64,000 bases of DNA from an uncultured Pseudomonadota bacterium. GTDB lineage: Bacteria; Vulcanimicrobiota; Vulcanimicrobiia; Eremiobacterales; Eremiobacteraceae. The notes below the pieces were generated by a model, which did no database searches, was not told the DNA's origin, and was given only the letters and a program-made list of their open reading frames with translations. Shown in pieces: positions 59,480-64,000 of this stretch. The position numbers and the translations under genes are program-made. The stretch spans positions 736,001-800,000 of the forward strand of contig CAVTNB010000001.1 of the NCBI GenBank assembly GCA_963736005.1, in the 5' to 3' direction. Numbering within the stretch: the stretch's first letter is position 1; every line of letters begins with the position of its first letter.

Positions 59480-60958
59480 CTATTGGGCTAGCTGTTTGAT
59501 GTAAGAGCGCGCTTTGTTGGCTCCATCACCAGTCGGTACGTAGGCCAGATATCGCTTGTATGCCAGGGTTGCAGCTTGCTTGTCGCCCTGGTGACGACAC
59601 GTCTCACCCAGAATAAACCACAACTGCGGATCGGGATGAGCCTTATCTTGGTGGGCGGTCAGCGCCTCGAAGACTTCGCGAGCGTGTATGTAGTCCTTTA
59701 GGTTGAAATATGACAAGCCTAAGTTGAAGAGGCTCGTATACGTATGCATCAAGTCGAATGATGCTTTGAAATTGTCGCGCGCCTGCGCCCATTGCCCTTG
59801 CGCGGCGTATGATTGCGCGAGCCAGAATAAAGCTTCCGCATTGCCGGGCTCAAGGTTGCCGATCTTGGAAAAGGCGTCTTGTGCCACGGTGAAATGCCGC
59901 ATGCTGAGCAGCTCAAAACGTCCATACTCAAAGAGGAGCGTTGTATTTTGCGGCGCGAGGGCGAGGGCTGATTGGAATTCCTTTTCGGCCTGCGTGCCGT
60001 TTTTCTGCTGCAAGTCATATTCGGCTTGGAGCGCCCACGGTTCGGAGTCCTTCGGGTGGTCTTTGATGGCTTGGGCGAACTCTTGACGCGCTTGATCGAC
60101 CATCTTTTTTTGGAGATATAATTGCGCAATATTGTCTTCGGGCTCGACCGAGTCAGGTTCGAGCTTCACGACCTGTTGGAGCGCCGCCACTGCGTCCGTC
60201 ACATCGTTCTTTTGCGCAAGCGCTTCAGCTTTGCCGGCCAAAGCGTCGACGTTCTTGGGATCCTCAGTCAACACTTCATTATAAATGCCCAGCGCCTTAT
60301 CGGCGTCCGGACTCTTTTGCGCGAGATACGACTTGGCGATGAGGAGCTTCGCTCGCGTGTCTTTGGGATCGATCTGCAGTGCCCGATTGAGCGAAGCTCG
60401 GCCTTGGTCTAGTTTTCCTTGGTTCAGTTGCACCATCCCAAGCTGCTCATAAGAAAATGCTTCGGCGGGATGCAGCTCAACGGCGCGATTTGCGACGCGC
60501 AGCGCATCGTCCAAACGTCCAACCTGCAGATATGCACCGATCAAGCTTTGGAGCACAGCCGGGTTGGCGGGGTCCAAAATTTCTGCCCGCTCGAAGGAGG
60601 TGACGCTGTCGGCAACGTCACCGAGCTCGCTGTCGGCAATACCGATAAAATACCACACCTCAGCATCGTCCATGCCCAGGCGTACGGCTGTTTCGAGATG
60701 GTCTCGGCCATCGCTTGGATCTCCGGTCTCAACGAGAAGTTGCCCGAGTTCGGCGTGTGAGGCCTTGTCGTTGGGATTGTCTTTGACCGTCTGCGTCAAC
60801 GTTGTAATGCGCTCTTGCGGAGTCGGTGTTGGCGATTCGCTGGGTGACGGGCTGGGCGTCGGGCCGTGTGGCCTTGCTGCGACGCCGGCCGGCTGCTGCA
60901 GCGCCACGATCGCAAGGATGAACAAACCGACCAAGGCGATGACGAAATAACGGGGCAA
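59480..60958 (-). CDS. TPR repeat protein, exported or membrane-anchored
   Basis: N-terminal hydrophobic segment, Pro/Ser linker, many TPR helical repeats. Confidence 0.88.
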   Translation of the reverse strand: MPRYFVIALVGLFILAIVALQQPAGVAARPHGPTPSPSPSESPTPTPQERITTLTQTVKDNPNDKASHAELGQLLVETGDPSDGRDHLETAVRLGMDDAEVWYFIGIADSELGDVADSVTSFERAEILDPANPAVLQSLIGAYLQVGRLDDALRVANRAVELHPAEAFSYEQLGMVQLNQGKLDQGRASLNRALQIDPKDTRAKLLIAKSYLAQKSPDADKALGIYNEVLTEDPKNVDALAGKAEALAQKNDVTDAVAALQQVVKLEPDSVEPEDNIAQLYLQKKMVDQARQEFAQAIKDHPKDSEPWALQAEYDLQQKNGTQAEKEFQSALALAPQNTTLLFEYGRFELLSMRHFTVAQDAFSKIGNLEPGNAEALFWLAQSYAAQGQWAQARDNFKASFDLMHTYTSLFNLGLSYFNLKDYIHAREVFEALTAHQDKAHPDPQLWFILGETCRHQGDKQAATLAYKRYLAYVPTGDGANKARSYIKQLAQ

Positions 60959-60975
60959 CTGCGGTCCTTTCCCAA

Positions 60976-61002
60976 GGGGCGACTTGACAGTCGCCCGCTA
61001 CA
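60976..61002 (-). repeat. REP family B
   Basis: ggggcgacttgacagtcgcccgctaca. Confidence 0.85.
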
Positions 61003-61019
61003 TTATAGTGATATAACGA

Positions 61020-62000
61020 TTAGGAGGCGCCCTTGCGTTCCCTTACAAGCTTTGTCAGTTCCGGCACGATGCCAAACAAATCGCCGACCACGCCGAAATC
61101 GCAAAACTCGAAGATCGGAGCATTGGAATCCTTATTGATAGCAACGATAATGCCTGCACTGCGCATTCCGACTTTGTGCTGAATTGCGCCCGAGATGCCG
61201 CACGCGATGTAGAGTTGCGGCGTTACGGTTTTCCCTGTTTGACCAACTTGGTGCGCATGAGGGATCCAACCCGCGTCGACTGCAGCGCGCGACGCCCCTA
61301 CCGCTCCGCCGAGCGCGTCGGCGAGTGCTTCGATAATGTCAAAATGCTCTGGACCACCCAGACCACGGCCACCCGAGACGACAATGGTCGACTCCTCGAC
61401 CGTGAGTTTTCCAGCTTCGGCGGCGACGCGTTCCTCGACGCGGGCGGTGTAGTCACTTCGCGTCGGAGCCGCAAGAGCCACGATCTCCCCCTTGCCCTTT
61501 TCGTTACGAGCGGCAAAGCTGTTCGGACGGCAGACGATCACCTGATAGTCCGAACTCTTGAACTCGATCGTGCTGACGACCGAGCCCCCGAACTTTGGGG
61601 ACTGGATGACAAGCTTTCCATCCTTGACGCTCACGTCGTTCGCTTCGGTCACCACGCCCGCGCCGAGTCGAACCGCAAGGCGCGCCGCGGTATCTTTTCC
61701 CGCGTTGGTGGAGGGCACGAGCAGGGCTGCGGCGCCTGCCTGCTTGAGCAAAATTTCGAGGCTATCAACCGCCGGATCACCGAGGAATGCATCGATCGGC
61801 ACGTCGGCGCCCGTGTAGATTCGGTCGACCGGCGTTGCCAAGAGCGCCTCGGCTGCCTTGGCGGCGTCTTTGCCAAGCACGATCGCGGCCGAGGGAACGC
61901 TTAGCGCTTTGCCCAGGTCGGCCGCTTTGGTCGCCATCTCCAAGCCAACGCGACGAACTGCTCCACCTTCCTGCTCGACGAGCGCAAAAACGGCCTTCAC
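61020..62000 (-). CDS. etfA: Electron transfer flavoprotein alpha subunit
   Basis: VSGGRG, GASRAAVD, QVGQTGK, LYIACGISGAIQH. Confidence 0.95.
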   Translation of the reverse strand: MKAVFALVEQEGGAVRRVGLEMATKAADLGKALSVPSAAIVLGKDAAKAAEALLATPVDRIYTGADVPIDAFLGDPAVDSLEILLKQAGAAALLVPSTNAGKDTAARLAVRLGAGVVTEANDVSVKDGKLVIQSPKFGGSVVSTIEFKSSDYQVIVCRPNSFAARNEKGKGEIVALAAPTRSDYTARVEERVAAEAGKLTVEESTIVVSGGRGLGGPEHFDIIEALADALGGAVGASRAAVDAGWIPHAHQVGQTGKTVTPQLYIACGISGAIQHKVGMRSAGIIVAINKDSNAPIFEFCDFGVVGDLFGIVPELTKLVRERKGAS

Positions 62001-62001
62001 G

Positions 62002-62793
62002 TTAGATCACTTTTTTCGCGATTAAGAAGTCCAGGATCTGGCGTGCGCCTTCCTTCGGATCCGAGACCGTGATGACGGTACCTTTCGCTCTGGCACCCAC
62101 CGCCGCAAACGAATCAACCTGCGTCTTGCTCCCTGCGTCGCCATAGCGTCCTGCCTCAGCGCCAATATCAGCGAGCGTCAACGTTTTGATTTCCTTTTTC
62201 TTGGCGCCCATGATGCCTTTGAGCGTGGGGTAGCGAGGCTCGTTGATGCTCTTGGTTACCGAGACGAGCGCCGGCAGGGACGCCGTGACGCGCCAGTAAC
62301 CGCTTTCGGTCTCGCGTTGAATTTCCACCTTGCCATCGCTCACCGTGAGCTTCTTTGCATAGGTAAGGCACGGAATGCCGAGATGTTCGGCGACGGCCGC
62401 GGGAACGATGCTGTTGATCGCATCGGTGCTTTGCGTTCCCGAAAGAACGAGATCGAAACCAATGTGCTTGAGGGCGAGCGCAAGCAGGTAGGCGGTTGCC
62501 ATCGTGTCGCTGCCGCCGACCGCGTCGTCGGACAGCATCGCCGCGTTATCGGCTCCCATGCCCAAAGCTTTGCGCACGATCTCCCCACCGCTTGTGGGCG
62601 CCATGGTCAAAATAGTGACCGTCGTGTCGCCGCCAATCGACTCCCGCAACCGCAGCGCTTCTTCGATTGCATATTCGTCGAATGGATTGAGGACGTTTTC
62701 GATCGAGCTTCGGTTGAGCCGCTTGGTCTGCGGATCAAAAGTCTTTTCCGCGTTCGTATCCGGGACTTGCTTGACGGTGACGACGATTTTCAA
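62002..62793 (-). CDS. etfB: Electron transfer flavoprotein beta subunit
   Basis: VKQVPD, NPFDEYA.EEA, NEPRY. Confidence 0.95.
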   Translation of the reverse strand: MKIVVTVKQVPDTNAEKTFDPQTKRLNRSSIENVLNPFDEYAIEEALRLRESIGGDTTVTILTMAPTSGGEIVRKALGMGADNAAMLSDDAVGGSDTMATAYLLALALKHIGFDLVLSGTQSTDAINSIVPAAVAEHLGIPCLTYAKKLTVSDGKVEIQRETESGYWRVTASLPALVSVTKSINEPRYPTLKGIMGAKKKEIKTLTLADIGAEAGRYGDAGSKTQVDSFAAVGARAKGTVITVSDPKEGARQILDFLIAKKVI

Positions 62794-62813
62794 AGCAAAA
62801 AGCAGCGCTCTTC

Positions 62814-63461
62814 TTAAGCGCGCGCGAGATCGCGCCGCTGCGCAAGCAACAGCGCCAGGCGTTCGATGAGATCAGTCGCCGCATACGGTTTGCGCAGCAT
62901 CATGAGAGGCCAGCGTTCTGCGGTGCGCAGCACGTCCTCTTGCTCTAGGTAACCGCTGGCCACAATCAACCCAAGCGTCGGTCGGCTGCTCTTGATATAC
63001 TCGACGATCTCAAGACCATTCATATCCGGCAGACGGAGATCCAACACGATGGCGTCAAAAGGGTCGCGCGTGCGAAGCCGCGCGAGCGCATCCTGACCCG
63101 TGAGGGCGACGTCGACCTTGTGGCCATATTCACGCAACGCCGAAGCAATGGTTTCGCAGAGCACGTCGTCATCTTCGACGAACAAAACCTTACCAAAGCG
63201 TTTGTGGTTGCGGCGAGGACCGTCCACGACGAAGGTCCCAGCACCGTGACGGGCTTCCACAACGCCTTCTTGCTCCAGGAGCGCGAGTGCTTGACGCACG
63301 GTCATCAGCGCAACCCCATATTGTTTGGCTAGGCTTGCCGATGCGGGCAGCTGCTGACCCGGCTTGAGCGAACCACGCGAAATGCGGTCGCGGAGATCAA
63401 CGGCGATCGATTGATATTTTAATATTCGGCGATCTGAAACTGGCATGTAAAACGACGGCAC
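62814..63461 (-). CDS. GntR wHTH regulator fused to a C-terminal receiver domain
   Basis: Y..IA..LR..I..G.LKPG.QLP..GVA.MTVR.AL..G.GTFV, then VEDDD..LDL.LP..G.E..KP. Confidence 0.85.
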   Translation of the reverse strand: MPSFYMPVSDRRILKYQSIAVDLRDRISRGSLKPGQQLPASASLAKQYGVALMTVRQALALLEQEGVVEARHGAGTFVVDGPRRNHKRFGKVLFVEDDDVLCETIASALREYGHKVDVALTGQDALARLRTRDPFDAIVLDLRLPDMNGLEIVEYIKSSRPTLGLIVASGYLEQEDVLRTAERWPLMMLRKPYAATDLIERLALLLAQRRDLARA

Positions 63462-63517
63462 CGGTCTATTGGCGTCTGACAGAGGGGCAGTTTCTGGACT
63501 TTTCCAAACATACCCTC

Positions 63518-64000
63518 GTGACCCAACACGCCGAGTGGCCCTTGCAGTTTGGCGACATCACAGCAGCCGAGCAGCGTCTGCGCGGGGAAGCCTGGCACAC
63601 GCCCGTCTTGCGAATCGAAGAGCTCGACAAACGATCGGGCAATGCGCTCTTCGTCAAGTGCGAGAATCTTCAGCGCATAGGCGCCTTCAAGTTTCGCGGC
63701 GCTTATAACCGGCTCTCCCAGCTGAGCGCGGACGAGCGACGCGCCGGGGTCGTGGCCTTCTCCTCAGGCAATCACGCGCAAGGAGTCGCGCTGGCTGCTC
63801 AGCTGTTGGGCATCAAAGCGACCATCGTCATGCCCGCCGATGCGCCTGCCACAAAGCTCCAATCCACGAGGGAGTTGGGAGCTCGGGTTGTCACGTTCGA
63901 GCGACGTACCGAAGATCGCGAAAAGATTGCTGAGCAGATTCGCGCTGAAAATAACGCCACGCTGGTGCCACCATTCGATGACTACAGGATCATGGCCGGG
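63518..64000 (+). CDS. PLP-dependent threonine/serine dehydratase family protein, partial (runs off the window)
   Basis: My translation: HTPV..KCENLQRIGAFKFRGA..SSGNHAQG..VMP..PPFDD..IMAG. Confidence 0.9.
   Translation, partial: MTQHAEWPLQFGDITAAEQRLRGEAWHTPVLRIEELDKRSGNALFVKCENLQRIGAFKFRGAYNRLSQLSADERRAGVVAFSSGNHAQGVALAAQLLGIKATIVMPADAPATKLQSTRELGARVVTFERRTEDREKIAEQIRAENNATLVPPFDDYRIMAG

Noticed and set aside
60984..61010. TTGACA in family B loops as a portable -35 element
   Set aside because: In the copies checked (near 48945, 53846 and 60984) no -10 hexamer lies at 16-18 bp spacing.

Overview
A GC-rich, gene-dense bacterial chromosomal segment of mostly housekeeping genes. A TonB-dependent receptor alongside Terrabacteria-type ClpC and hemE-hemH-hemY suggests a diderm such as Eremiobacterota/Vulcanimicrobiota (inference only). 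Metabolic content: frameshifted clpC, a folK-folE2 fusion, a propionyl-CoA/methylmalonyl-CoA cluster, a peptidoglycan-recycling operon, mqnD, hemEHY, ahcY-metK, fchA-folD and etfBA. Signalling and transport content: c-di-GMP genes, a CecR/YbhGFS-like efflux operon, ABC and TonB transporters, an ECF sigma/anti-sigma/RseB module and a GntR-receiver fusion. There is also a tRNA-Asn beside a small island-like region. The most striking non-coding signals are: (1) about 30 GTAG-hairpin (REP-type) elements in three families, which sit on or supply stop codons, show 5'-end stutter duplications and have entered coding frames (hemG/Y, AccE-like, FolE2); (2) a ~178-nt structured ncRNA candidate with a near-consensus sigma70 promoter upstream of clpC; (3) a recurring CCGATA (sigma28-like) box just upstream of several start codons. 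No RAYT transposase, integrase or CRISPR array is visible in the window.
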